Virus record (IMG/VR): IMGVR_UViG_3300042884_000193
Coordinates: 55,557 to 119,556 of that record
Direction: 5' to 3' (one strand)
Source of the DNA: a virus
Length of the DNA stretch: 64,000 bases
Under the pieces are notes generated by a model that saw only the letters and a program-made list of their open reading frames with translations, was not told the DNA's origin and did no database searches. The position numbers and the translations under genes were made by a program. This document shows, in pieces, positions 29,306 to 38,367 of this stretch (positions are counted from its first letter, which is position 1; each line of letters starts with the position of its first letter).

Positions 29306-29857
29306 TTAGTTATTTATTGTATAAAGTTCATAATAAACGTACAAATCACCATCCCAGTTATTAACCCCAGCTATTGTAGGATTAGCGTTATAAAGATTAA
29401 ACTCTAATCCGTTTGAAACTCCTGTAGCAATTAAATGAGGGATAACATTATCAGTTATAGTGTTTTTGTAATACACTGAGTATTGTACATATACGTTATC
29501 TCTGTTAGTTATAGTAAGGTCTAGATCTGGATTATCAATCAAGAAAGAAACTGAAGTAGCATAAGCTGCACTAGGTGTTAAAGGAGCAGATGTTCCCATA
29601 TTGACAATATCAATAATACCACGGGCAGTAGTTACTGTTACAACGCTAGTAGCTGCAATATCTAACTCATAGTGAGCCGTATTAGCAATGAGACCTGCTT
29701 CAATAAAATCTTCAGCAGGCATGGCATAAGATTGATACTTATCTCCCCGTTTTTGGAATGATACATCAGCACCAAGCACTAGTAAGTCTTGTGGACTGTC
29801 TAGTGTGGTTCTGATTAAGTCTTGTTTCTTTATGCCTAGCCAGTTAAGGATGTCCAT
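29306..29857 (-). CDS. Fibre paralogue 2 (MDILNW family)
   Basis: MDILNW...KRGDKYQSYAM N-terminus. Confidence 0.65.
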   Translation of the reverse strand: MDILNWLGIKKQDLIRTTLDSPQDLLVLGADVSFQKRGDKYQSYAMPAEDFIEAGLIANTAHYELDIAATSVVTVTTARGIIDIVNMGTSAPLTPSAAYATSVSFLIDNPDLDLTITNRDNVYVQYSVYYKNTITDNVIPHLIATGVSNGLEFNLYNANPTIAGVNNWDGDLYVYYELYTINN

Positions 29858-29860
29858 TTT

Positions 29861-29983
29861 TTACATTTTTAGTTCATTAAGGGCTTGCAAAATAACCTCT
29901 ACATCTTTTAGAGTATATACTCCTTTTAATGTAGCTGCATTTAACGCTTGCTCAATAATTTCAATTGCTCTTTCTTTTTCCAT
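29861..29983 (-). CDS. 40-aa helical protein, possible fibre chaperone
   Basis: Not in the ORF track. MEKERAIEIIEQALNAATLKGVYTLKDVEVILQALNELKM; its ATG overlaps the fibre stop codon. Confidence 0.65.
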   Translation of the reverse strand: MEKERAIEIIEQALNAATLKGVYTLKDVEVILQALNELKM

Positions 29984-31722
29984 TATGCTAGTAATACTTT
30001 TTGTGCTACTCCATTGATTATTACAGTCCATGTTTTACTAGAAGATACTGTTGTTTCAGTAGTAACAGCTCCAGCGTTGTAAGTAGTAGAACCTACAACA
30101 AACTGATTACTTCCAGTTGCAGTAGCAGCTCTACCTAAAAGAACAGATCCACTAAAGTTACCTGATACAGTGTTTGGTCCGATGGCTACGTTATTAGCTC
30201 CAGTAGTGTTAGCTTGAAGAGCTTGATAACCCATAGCTACGTTATTACTTCCTGTATTACTTTGTAAAGCTTGGTAACCTATAGCAACAGCATTAGCTCC
30301 ACCGTTTTGTAATGCAGATTGCCCTACAGCAGTTCCGAAGTTACCTGTAAAACTAGTCATTGCTGCAGAACCTACAGCAGTATTACCGTTTCCTCCAACA
30401 TTAGCTCTTAAAGCTTGGTATCCAAGTGCAGCATTACCAGTTCCTGAAGAATTATTTAATGAAGCTTCAAATCCAACAGCTACGTTAGCTGATCCACTTG
30501 TGTTATTTGAAAGTGCAAAAGCTCCAACTGCTGTAAGTTCACCCGTAGTGTTAGTACTGCTAAACAAAGCGCTTACCCCAACAGCTACATTATAATTTCC
30601 AATAACGTTATTTTTTAAAGCTTCTGAGCCAATAGCCGTGTTCTGAAGACCGGAAGTATTAAATCGTAAAGCCTGTACTCCAACAGCAACGTTAGCTGCT
30701 CCGCTTCCATTAGAATACATAGCGGATGATCCAACTGCTGTGTTGTTTCCGGCAGCATTATTATATAAGGCTTGTGAACCAATAGCAGTGCTTCCACTAG
30801 AATTTGAATTTAAACGCAAAGTGTTGTAACCCACAGCTGTGTTTTCTCCTCCAGCAGCAGCTTGTTCCATAGAATAACTACCTATGGCTGTGTTATAATT
30901 ACCAAAAGTTATTGTGACACCAGCTTGATTTCCTACAAGAGTACAGCCAGTAGATGAAATTAAACTATTTCCTGCATAACTTCCAATAGCTGTGTTTTGA
31001 ACACCGTTTGTATTACTTCTTAATGTATTATAACCATATGCTGTATTTTCAAAACCAATGGTATTAGCTTCTAAAGCATTTTGTCCAAAACTAGTGTTAG
31101 AAGGGGCGTCATTTTGACCATTATTCCAAATTGTTCTATCAGTGTTATTCCACTCTAAATGAGGGATCTGTGTTTGATATACAGGAATGTTAATTACTCC
31201 ACCGCCTAATGTTGCAGCACCACCTGTACCAGTAGTAGTTAAGCTATTAGTAGCTCCTGAAGGACCCGTTGCTCCAGTTGGACCTTGTAATCCAGTGGCA
31301 CCAGTAGCTCCATTTGCACCTTGTGCAGCAAGTAATGCCCAGTTAGTAGGATCTGCAGAAGGATTGGTAGCAGATGGACCTACAGGATTTATACAGAACC
31401 AAGATGCTCCGCCATAGCCTACGGCATCATCAATTACATAAGTTCCTCCAGCAGACCAAGCTCCTTGCCAGTTTAAACCAGCAGGACCTACAGGACCAGG
31501 TATACCAGCAGGACCGGTATTACCAGCAACTCCTTGAGGACCAGCTGGGCCAGCAGGTAAGATTTGAGCAAAGTCTCCAATCTCCATTGCGTAGTTCTGA
31601 TAAAGATCTCCGCGTTTATTAAATCCTACTTTAGAACCAAAGATCATTAAATCTTGAAGGTTAGCAGGTTGTGTACGTACAAATTTGTTTTTAGCTAGAT
31701 ATAGCCAGTTTAGAATGTCCAT
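29983..31722 (-). CDS. Fibre/adhesin with collagen repeats and YadA-like beta-roll repeats
   Basis: Gly-X-Y runs, a WSAGGTYVIDDAVGYGGASW module and many NTA(I/V)G 14-aa repeats. Confidence 0.8.
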   Translation of the reverse strand: MDILNWLYLAKNKFVRTQPANLQDLMIFGSKVGFNKRGDLYQNYAMEIGDFAQILPAGPAGPQGVAGNTGPAGIPGPVGPAGLNWQGAWSAGGTYVIDDAVGYGGASWFCINPVGPSATNPSADPTNWALLAAQGANGATGATGLQGPTGATGPSGATNSLTTTGTGGAATLGGGVINIPVYQTQIPHLEWNNTDRTIWNNGQNDAPSNTSFGQNALEANTIGFENTAYGYNTLRSNTNGVQNTAIGSYAGNSLISSTGCTLVGNQAGVTITFGNYNTAIGSYSMEQAAAGGENTAVGYNTLRLNSNSSGSTAIGSQALYNNAAGNNTAVGSSAMYSNGSGAANVAVGVQALRFNTSGLQNTAIGSEALKNNVIGNYNVAVGVSALFSSTNTTGELTAVGAFALSNNTSGSANVAVGFEASLNNSSGTGNAALGYQALRANVGGNGNTAVGSAAMTSFTGNFGTAVGQSALQNGGANAVAIGYQALQSNTGSNNVAMGYQALQANTTGANNVAIGPNTVSGNFSGSVLLGRAATATGSNQFVVGSTTYNAGAVTTETTVSSSKTWTVIINGVAQKVLLA

Positions 31723-31786
31723 GATTAGATTAGATTAATGGATTAGTATATAGTATAATATAAGAAGACTTGTTTACATATGCAAA

Positions 31787-32224
31787 TTATAACTGGACAT
31801 ATACATCTGTAATGTACCAGCTATTAACAGGATCTGGATTAGCAACTACAGTCACTGCTCCAGGATCACCTGTATTACCTAGTGCCATTATGGTTATAGA
31901 AGGATAAGTACCCGCATCTAACTGCACTCCTGCAACAGGTTGTACAGAATAATTATCAGGCGTAACGTTTTTAATCATTACAGTCTGACCATTCAAACTA
32001 TTAGTAGATGGTAAGTATACCGTAGGGCTTGTAGCTGTAGTAGCTCCTGTTAAGAAAATATATGTAAGGTAACTTGTAAACTGTGCACAGCTTAATGAGT
32101 ACTCAGTAATACCAAGAGTATCAAAGTCTAATACAATAACAGTAGGAGCACCTAAAGGTGTAGATCTTGGATCGGGTTTAGTAGCTACATTTGTAGCAAA
32201 TATATTGTTAGGAGGTGTTGGCAT
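31787..32224 (-). CDS. Fibre-associated beta protein (putative)
   Basis: TVYLPS..LNGQTVMIKN pattern seen in phage fibre domains. Confidence 0.45.
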   Translation of the reverse strand: MPTPPNNIFATNVATKPDPRSTPLGAPTVIVLDFDTLGITEYSLSCAQFTSYLTYIFLTGATTATSPTVYLPSTNSLNGQTVMIKNVTPDNYSVQPVAGVQLDAGTYPSITIMALGNTGDPGAVTVVANPDPVNSWYITDVYVQL

Positions 32225-32514
32225 TATTTTAATCTTTTATTGTTTCCTTTTCCATTGCGGGCCCTGTTAGTAGATCTTGATTCCTTAACCAACTTGCCTG
32301 TTTTTGTATGAGATTCATCTTTACCGTTACTGTTCCCGTAGGTACCTGCTGCACGGTTTGCCATGTTTAGCTTAGCTCTATACTTATTTCTCTCAGGTGT
32401 ACTGTGATACTCTTTATTATAAGCATTCTTTTTAGCACGAGCCTCAGGATGACTAGCAAAATACTTTGCAGACTTGCTTTTTCCTGTAGATTTTCCCGCT
32501 AAACTATTTCTCAT
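32224..32514 (-). CDS. Small basic protein with degenerate HNH-like tail
   Basis: Likely start is MRNSLAGK at 32514; contains GKDESHTKTGKLVKESRSTNRARNG. Confidence 0.55.
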   Translation of the reverse strand: MRNSLAGKSTGKSKSAKYFASHPEARAKKNAYNKEYHSTPERNKYRAKLNMANRAAGTYGNSNGKDESHTKTGKLVKESRSTNRARNGKGNNKRLK

Positions 32515-32609
32515 ACTATAAAGATACAACAACAAATATAAAAATATCTGTAGAAAAAGCATTGAAAATCAAAAAAAATTCATAATCTTGTATAAGATAT
32601 CCACACTAT

Positions 32610-33608
32610 ATGAAGCTAACCGCTACTGGTAAACTCGCTAAAGAGTATCTAAAGAAGTATCCTAAACTTCCAATCCAAACACTTGCTAAACTTATGCTTG
32701 CTGAAAATGAGCTACACTTTAATAGTATAGATCATGCACGCTCACTACTTAAAGCACATGCTGGACTAGGAGGTAAACTTACCAGAAAGACTGTAGACCC
32801 TGAGTTACAAAGACCCATAACATATAACTATGCACCCTTTAATGATATACCAAAGTCATATAAGTCTGGACCTAATGACTTTATACTACCAGATGATGCC
32901 AATCATATTCTTGTTCTTTCTGATATACACTTCCCTTATCATGATGAAGAAGCTCTTGGTAGTGCTATTCAATATGGAATTGCTCAAGAAGTTAATACAA
33001 TTCTCCTTAACGGTGATGTTTTAGATTTCTACCAGCTGTCACGGTTTGACAAGGACCCTTCTAAACCTAAGATGCAAGTAGAACTTGAACAAGGTAGATG
33101 GTTTATGAAAGCATTACGTACAGCATTCCCTAAAGCTAGAATTTATTACAAGATTGGTAACCACGAGGAGAGACTTGAGAAGTGGCTAAGGATTAAAGCA
33201 CCTGAATGGATTGGTATGGATGAGTTTGAGTTGAAGATGCTCCTAAGATTTGGAGAGAATCAAATTCAACTTATAGAGTCTACATCTACCATCAAGGCAG
33301 GTAACTTAAATATCATTCACGGTCATGAATATCTAGGTGGTGGTACAGTGAACCCTGCAAGAAACTTATATCTTAAAGCAAAGGCTAGTACTATCTGCGG
33401 TCACTTTCATAGAAAATCAGAATTTATAACAAGAGACATTAACAACAATATCCAAGGAGCTTGGAGTACTGGTTGCTTATGTGAGTTATATCCTGAGTAC
33501 ATGAAAGGTCATTCCGATTGGGTACATGGATTTGCAGTAGTTAAAATAGAAAAGGATGGTACCTTTTCAGTAGATAACAAGATGATCATTGATGGGGTAG
33601 TATCATAA
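32610..33608 (+). CDS. Calcineurin-like metallophosphoesterase
   Basis: SDIHFP, NGDVLD, GNHEER, HGHE and GHFH motifs. Confidence 0.9.
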   Translation: MKLTATGKLAKEYLKKYPKLPIQTLAKLMLAENELHFNSIDHARSLLKAHAGLGGKLTRKTVDPELQRPITYNYAPFNDIPKSYKSGPNDFILPDDANHILVLSDIHFPYHDEEALGSAIQYGIAQEVNTILLNGDVLDFYQLSRFDKDPSKPKMQVELEQGRWFMKALRTAFPKARIYYKIGNHEERLEKWLRIKAPEWIGMDEFELKMLLRFGENQIQLIESTSTIKAGNLNIIHGHEYLGGGTVNPARNLYLKAKASTICGHFHRKSEFITRDINNNIQGAWSTGCLCELYPEYMKGHSDWVHGFAVVKIEKDGTFSVDNKMIIDGVVS

Positions 33609-33610
33609 CT

Positions 33611-33832
33611 ATGGCAACTTATATTAAAGCAGGAACATATCAAGTACCTCATTCTGATGAACAGATTGAGGCTAACATATATATAGACCCGCGAGTAATA
33701 CAAGTACTTGATAGTGAAGAAGAACTAGTAGTAGAACTTACCTATGAAGAACTCCGTGGTATCATGGCCATCATGGCAGCAGAGCAAGAGAAGACTCACT
33801 TCCGTATCCAAGCTCTAGGCAGAAACAATTAA
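33611..33832 (+). CDS. Hypothetical protein
   Basis: 73 aa, starting 2 nt after the phosphoesterase stop. Confidence 0.6.
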   Translation: MATYIKAGTYQVPHSDEQIEANIYIDPRVIQVLDSEEELVVELTYEELRGIMAIMAAEQEKTHFRIQALGRNN

Positions 33833-33907
33833 AAAGAGAGTAGGGTCTACGTTACGAGCAGATCCTATCCCGAGATAAGATGTGTTTGGAGTAAAGCAGA
33901 CCCTACG
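33833..33907. terminator. Long hairpin between convergent genes
   Basis: gtagggtct...agaccctac with further internal pairing. Confidence 0.55.
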
Positions 33908-33909
33908 TA

Positions 33910-34200
33910 TTAATATACAATTGCTACAGCATGGTCTTGAACCATCATGTAGTCAACTCCATCTAGTTGTACTAGCTCAGCATTAGATAGCATACCAGCG
34001 CTAACATACACCTCATCACCAGACTTAAGATCAGTAACATCAGTACCTACAGCAAATACTGTAAGACGAGTCCACTTGATCATCATCTCCTGGTCAAGCT
34101 GTGCCTGAACCTCTGGAGTTATTTCTATAAGAGACTTTATTTCTGATACTGGCTTAGTAATCAGGATGCGTTTTCCGCGTAGTTGTTTGAATGCGCTCAT
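33910..34200 (-). CDS. groES: GroES-like co-chaperonin
   Basis: KQLRGKRILI...VFAVGTDV..LKSGDEV...DGVDYMMV matches the Cpn10 pattern. Confidence 0.7.
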   Translation of the reverse strand: MSAFKQLRGKRILITKPVSEIKSLIEITPEVQAQLDQEMMIKWTRLTVFAVGTDVTDLKSGDEVYVSAGMLSNAELVQLDGVDYMMVQDHAVAIVY

Positions 34201-34223
34201 GTGTTTATTGGTTTAATGTGTGA

Positions 34224-34253
34224 CAAATATATACAAGAATTTGTTACGGGCAA
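34224..34253 (-). promoter_or_regulatory. Bacteroidota sigma-A type promoter upstream of groES
   Basis: TTG-N19-TATATTTG on the minus strand. Confidence 0.65.
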
Positions 34254-34444
34254 GAATTTTTTTTATGCTCCCGCCATTCCATATAGAATCCGACAGCTAC
34301 TATAAGATTCATACCTACAGAAGAAAGTATCTCTACCAAGTCCTCGTAGACATTAATACTGAGGTGGATGTGCCCAACTGTCCAGAAAGGAATAGCTAGG
34401 TTAGAAGATATCCACCGTAGGGTATAGGTAATAAACTGTAGCAT
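34244..34444 (-). CDS. Small membrane protein
   Basis: Likely start is MLQFITY; two hydrophobic segments. Confidence 0.45.
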   Translation of the reverse strand: MLQFITYTLRWISSNLAIPFWTVGHIHLSINVYEDLVEILSSVGMNLIVAVGFYMEWREHKKNSCP

Positions 34445-34599
34445 CTCGTAACAAATATAGCGTAAAATTGTTACCACACTATAGTATGTTTTAATAGTCA
34501 TTAACCCCAATTTCACAGGCTAATGCATAGTATATCATACTTTAATGTGGTTTATAGGGAACAAAAAACCTGGTTTTTATACCCTGTAAGGGATGTTAT

Positions 34600-35438
34600 C
34601 ATGTATAGAGAGTATACTCCGTACCTCCCCGGGTACGTTTCATAGTACAGATATCAGGATAAACCTGGCACCATTGATATGAGATAGATGTGGTTAATAA
34701 CATCTGTCACATATATATGCTAAATTTGTGACGCAAATATCTACTATACTTGCGACAGCTATAGTGGAAAATAATCACCAGAATCAGCCCTTTAGTGGAA
34801 AATAATCCCCAACCCCCTTGCGCTAATCCGCCATTACTGGAAAATTTTAGGAGTATTGGCGAACTATAGAGTGCCAAACTCCGTAACAAAAAGGTGCCAA
34901 ACTCGGAAGTTCTCCGAATTACCCTATATAATTTTGCATGAATTTTTCCAGAAATTACATGCTCCGGCATATAGTAATCCAATATACCCCATATCTATAC
35001 GTAGGGACATATAGTCCCCGGGTAGTAATCTTTACCGGGACACCCCCCGGGCAGGGTGGAGGTAGGGGATTTATATTGTGGGAGAGGGTGTAAGGGGTGT
35101 TCTATAGCGATGGCCCGGCTCGGCTGGCTGGCGGGGGTACCCCCTGGCTCTTGGAGGATCACTCATCTGGTCATCTGCTTGAGGGGGGTGGCTACCTTCT
35201 GCGACGGGCAAGGTTCTCATGCTTGCTTGCACTGCATGCACAGCATGGCCAACACGACCGTGGCACTGCTCCACACAAACACCAGACCACACAGCCACAG
35301 CCTCCTACGTCGGCTCTGTCTGCGTGTTGCTCCAAAGAAACTCATTATCGCCAAAGGCGGTGCTTAACATTTAAGTACTGACTCGCGTGTAATGGACTAC
35401 GCTTCAAGTGTCCTATAATAGCCCAAAAACTTATACAA
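34600..35438. repeat. Divergent non-coding control region with direct and inverted repeats
   Basis: tagtggaaaataatc at 34762 and 34793; gtgccaaactc at 34871 and 34894; ccccggg three times; gggggtaccccc palindrome; coding strand switches here. Confidence 0.65.
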
Positions 35439-36077
35439 ATGGCTATTACTGCAATCCTCCGCTTGCCGAATGCGGACAACAAAACGGCAAAAAGTTCTAA
35501 CATCTATCGCTATGCTGTCAAGTGTGACACGCCTGCCGAGAGACAAATGTTAGACACAGCACTCGACAAGGTGCGTACTGTTAACGGGAACTTGTGGGTC
35601 TTCGACCCAACGAGCCTAGACCCCCAAATCCAGGACCGCACTCGTCGAGACATTGCTGCAGGCTGTATCTTGCCTAAAGGTACAATCACCATATTGTCCA
35701 ATCTACAGATCCCTCACGAGAGATTCCAAGATTGGTCAAGTGCGTGCACCATTCTGCAAACTGATAGCGGGTATTCCATTTCACTGGAAGAACACCCTAT
35801 CGATGCAGAGCAACGTGCTGCAATGCAAGACACCATACTTGCAATGCGTGAGCGCGGTGCTGTTGGTGGTCTCTCACAAGATGATATCAATGCTCGCATT
35901 GGTGACCTCTTGTTTGCAGACATTGCAGTTCCCAAGTTGGTTGTCAAGAAGCGCACCTTTGTGCCGATGACAATTGACTTCAGTGCCACACCTTTCACAG
36001 ACTCTGCACCAGAGACTCCTGAAAGCGAGACACCAATCTTCGGCACTCCTGCTGAAGACACCGAGAGCGGGGAATAG
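35439..36077 (+). CDS. First early gene, hypothetical protein with acidic tail
   Basis: 212 aa; A-rich leader; followed by a terminator. Confidence 0.75.
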   Translation: MAITAILRLPNADNKTAKSSNIYRYAVKCDTPAERQMLDTALDKVRTVNGNLWVFDPTSLDPQIQDRTRRDIAAGCILPKGTITILSNLQIPHERFQDWSSACTILQTDSGYSISLEEHPIDAEQRAAMQDTILAMRERGAVGGLSQDDINARIGDLLFADIAVPKLVVKKRTFVPMTIDFSATPFTDSAPETPESETPIFGTPAEDTESGE

Positions 36078-36094
36078 TCCTCGGCCTCACCTAT

Positions 36095-36134
36095 ACCACA
36101 CACATTGCTTCGGCTCTGTGTGTGGTTTTTTTTT
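36095..36134 (+). terminator. Rho-independent terminator
   Basis: accacacaca...tgtgtgtggt followed by a T-run. Confidence 0.8.
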
Positions 36135-36318
36135 CCTCGGCGCTGCGTATACTCTCACCGTGCACTCTCACCGCACACTCCTCACTGGATCAGCTCCACA
36201 CAAACTCAGCTTACCAGAGCTGCTGCCGCTGCGCGAACACTGACAATAACATTAGTTACTATCACCAACAAGAGAGGGAGCACTACTACTCATATGGAAA
36301 ACTTATACACTTATATAT

Positions 36319-36540
36319 ATGACAACACAAGCAACACTTACAGCAGAGGAGACAGACCTATGCTACAACGAATTCACCAGACAGATGACTGAGGAAGATC
36401 CAGACTGCAGTGACAACTGTAGGATATGTGACACTGAGGATGAGTGCAGTGAGATGCATGTCTGCTGCGGTACTTACAACTGGTCATTCACTCTACCATC
36501 AGGTAGAATAGTATGGTTAGGTTATGACTACGGTCATTAA
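36319..36540 (+). CDS. Small acidic Cys-rich hypothetical protein
   Basis: 73 aa with CSDNCR and CCG motifs, ending GYDYGH. Confidence 0.65.
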   Translation: MTTQATLTAEETDLCYNEFTRQMTEEDPDCSDNCRICDTEDECSEMHVCCGTYNWSFTLPSGRIVWLGYDYGH

Positions 36541-36599
36541 ACAGCAGGGGCTACGGCCCTTGCTCTAACTTTTACTATCACCTCCATGATCAAGGTAAC

Positions 36600-36860
36600 G
36601 ACTATGGACTATTCTTGGAAAGCTAGTATGGTCTGCTACTATGGACAAACACAAACTCATATGCTGAGGATCAGTTAGTTAGCTACTATGGACTATTGTA
36701 TTCCTATGGAAAAGGAAGGGTGGGGGAAGAGGCACAGGCACACTACTATGGACATGCTCGCGCTTCGCGCTCGCTCCCTCTCTTCCTCCTTGCTCCACAT
36801 AAACTCATTTTATCAGACCCATTGCGCCTTCGGCGTTGACAAGGACTATGGACTATGGGC
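36600..36860 (+). repeat. Dispersed CTATGGAC repeats
   Basis: Exact copies at 36602, 36639, 36686, 36746 and 36846, plus partial copies. Confidence 0.7.
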
Positions 36861-36894
36861 ATTAACATTGAACAATTAACAACCAAATATAAAT

Positions 36895-37413
36895 ATGCTA
36901 AAAGCACAATTTATCGGTGCATCTAAGACTGGGTCTTGGAAGTACCGCGTTATCGGCACGACAGCCGAAGTTACAGCCTTTAAGGTATGGAACACTACAC
37001 AGGTTAACAACAAAACCGGTGAACTGATTAAGCGCACTGCGCAGAATCATGATGTCTTATTTGTATCAATGTACAACAGAGATGAGCAGGGTAATGTAAC
37101 AGGGACTGTTGTTCCTTACCCATCAGGTACTGTTATACATAGACCATTAGTTGCGGGTGACCGTATTGGCGAAATGATCTATGAGTTTGAGCCTGATGCA
37201 AAAACAGCGTCCATTATTAATATGGCACAGGCTGTTGGTACAGAGATTACTACTATGATGCACAACATTGGGGCATTCAATGGAGTAAGCAATACTCAGG
37301 CGACTGTGGTTTCTGCAAATCCTGTGGCTGCAACACCTGCCATTAACTTCAATGCAGTACCATTATTGGAGGCTGAGGCAGATGGAGAAGAAGAAGAGGA
37401 AGATGAAGCATAA
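36895..37413 (+). CDS. Early hypothetical protein with acidic tail
   Basis: 172 aa ending EAEADGEEEEDEA. Confidence 0.75.
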   Translation: MLKAQFIGASKTGSWKYRVIGTTAEVTAFKVWNTTQVNNKTGELIKRTAQNHDVLFVSMYNRDEQGNVTGTVVPYPSGTVIHRPLVAGDRIGEMIYEFEPDAKTASIINMAQAVGTEITTMMHNIGAFNGVSNTQATVVSANPVAATPAINFNAVPLLEAEADGEEEEEDEA

Positions 37414-37437
37414 TCTTGATGTAAATCATTAAGAAAC

Positions 37438-37500
37438 GGTAGTTAAGTGGTTGGGTATCAGCGAGTTACAGTGACTTGTTGACACCCACCACTGACTACC
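37438..37500 (+). other. Long intergenic hairpin
   Basis: ggtagtt-agtgg-tgggt-tcagcgagt...acttgttga-accca-ccact-gactacc. Confidence 0.6.
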
Positions 37501-37560
37501 TATCTTTATGCTAATTGCCTCAAAATCAATAACAATAGCCGTAACATATGGCTAAATGAT

Positions 37561-37728
37561 ATGATTAAGACTTTCAACTTCATTGGTAAGTTATACTCTC
37601 ATATAGTTACTATGTACTATAAGCTTAAAGAGAGATACTCTTATGTTAGATTCATAGTAGTTAGACTCCGTGGTGGAGTTTGCTTTGGTTACTTCTCTGT
37701 TAGTAATGATATAGAGAATGCCTTATGA
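37561..37728 (+). CDS. Hypothetical protein (55 aa)
   Basis: Not in the ORF track. MIKTFNFIGK...; ATGA overlap with 37725. Confidence 0.4.
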   Translation: MIKTFNFIGKLYSHIVTMYYKLKERYSYVRFIVVRLRGGVCFGYFSVSNDIENAL

Positions 37729-37919
37729 ATCACCTATTGCTTTATTTCTATCTTATGACCGGGATGGTTACTAAGAACGAGGACGGATTGTATGATATAC
37801 ATAGTCCCAATGCTGTTGTAATAGAATCGGCCTGTGAAGGTGAGGTTTTATTATGGATAGAGACCGGTGAGTTTGCATATGATGATAATCTATGTAGAGC
37901 CGGTGAGTTAAATGATTAA
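37725..37919 (+). CDS. Hypothetical protein
   Basis: 64-aa ORF. Confidence 0.55.
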   Translation: MNHLLLYFYLMTGMVTKNEDGLYDIHSPNAVVIESACEGEVLLWIETGEFAYDDNLCRAGELND

Positions 37920-38075
37920 ATACTATATGCCATGTTAGATAGATTAATTTACTAAATCGCAGTTTCCGTAGTCACCAATTTCTTTGAATAATGTTTAGGG
38001 TGATAAATACGACAGAGAAAGAACATTACATACAGCTGATGAAGTAGGCTGTTTTATTACTTAATACCTTTAAGC

Positions 38076-38366
38076 ATGACACAGATATTAGTTCCCGATA
38101 ATGTCAACCCATATGATAAGAAAGAACTAATGTCCTTTATAGAGTCATTAGGCTTAAGTCTTATGGAAGACTATGAGGAAGTATTCCAATATCTTGATCC
38201 ATTTACCCAAGGTAGATGGATTGATATGGGAATGAAAGTATTTTTAACTGTGAATACTTATAGACGACATCCAGGTAAAAGATTTGTAGTAGGCTATAAT
38301 GTAGACTATGTAAGATCTGATAAGCCTGTTAAGTCTTATGTAGTTCACGAGTATAAAATGATTTAG
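38076..38366 (+). CDS. Hypothetical protein
   Basis: 96-aa ORF. Confidence 0.6.
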   Translation: MTQILVPDNVNPYDKKELMSFIESLGLSLMEDYEEVFQYLDPFTQGRWIDMGMKVFLTVNTYRRHPGKRFVVGYNVDYVRSDKPVKSYVVHEYKMI

Positions 38367-38367
38367 T

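Noticed and set aside
2620-31622. Short plus-strand ORFs antisense to structural genes
   Set aside because: Shadow ORFs of long minus-strand genes with no recognisable motifs
35290-35330. HDV-like ribozyme (cagcctcct resemblance)
   Set aside because: The nested P1/P2 pairing could not be assembled
34707-36392. Several overlapping ORFs in the GC-rich zone (34707, 35056, 35071, 35097, 35653, 35714, 35974, 36105, 36122)
   Set aside because: They overlap repeats, terminators or the better-supported 35439 gene, and are expected by chance at higher GC
36600-36860. Mini CRISPR array
   Set aside because: Repeats are only 8-11 nt with irregular spacing, and there are no cas genes
38030-38065. Hammerhead ribozyme (CTGATGA present)
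   Set aside because: No correctly placed GAAA, stem III or NUH site could be built
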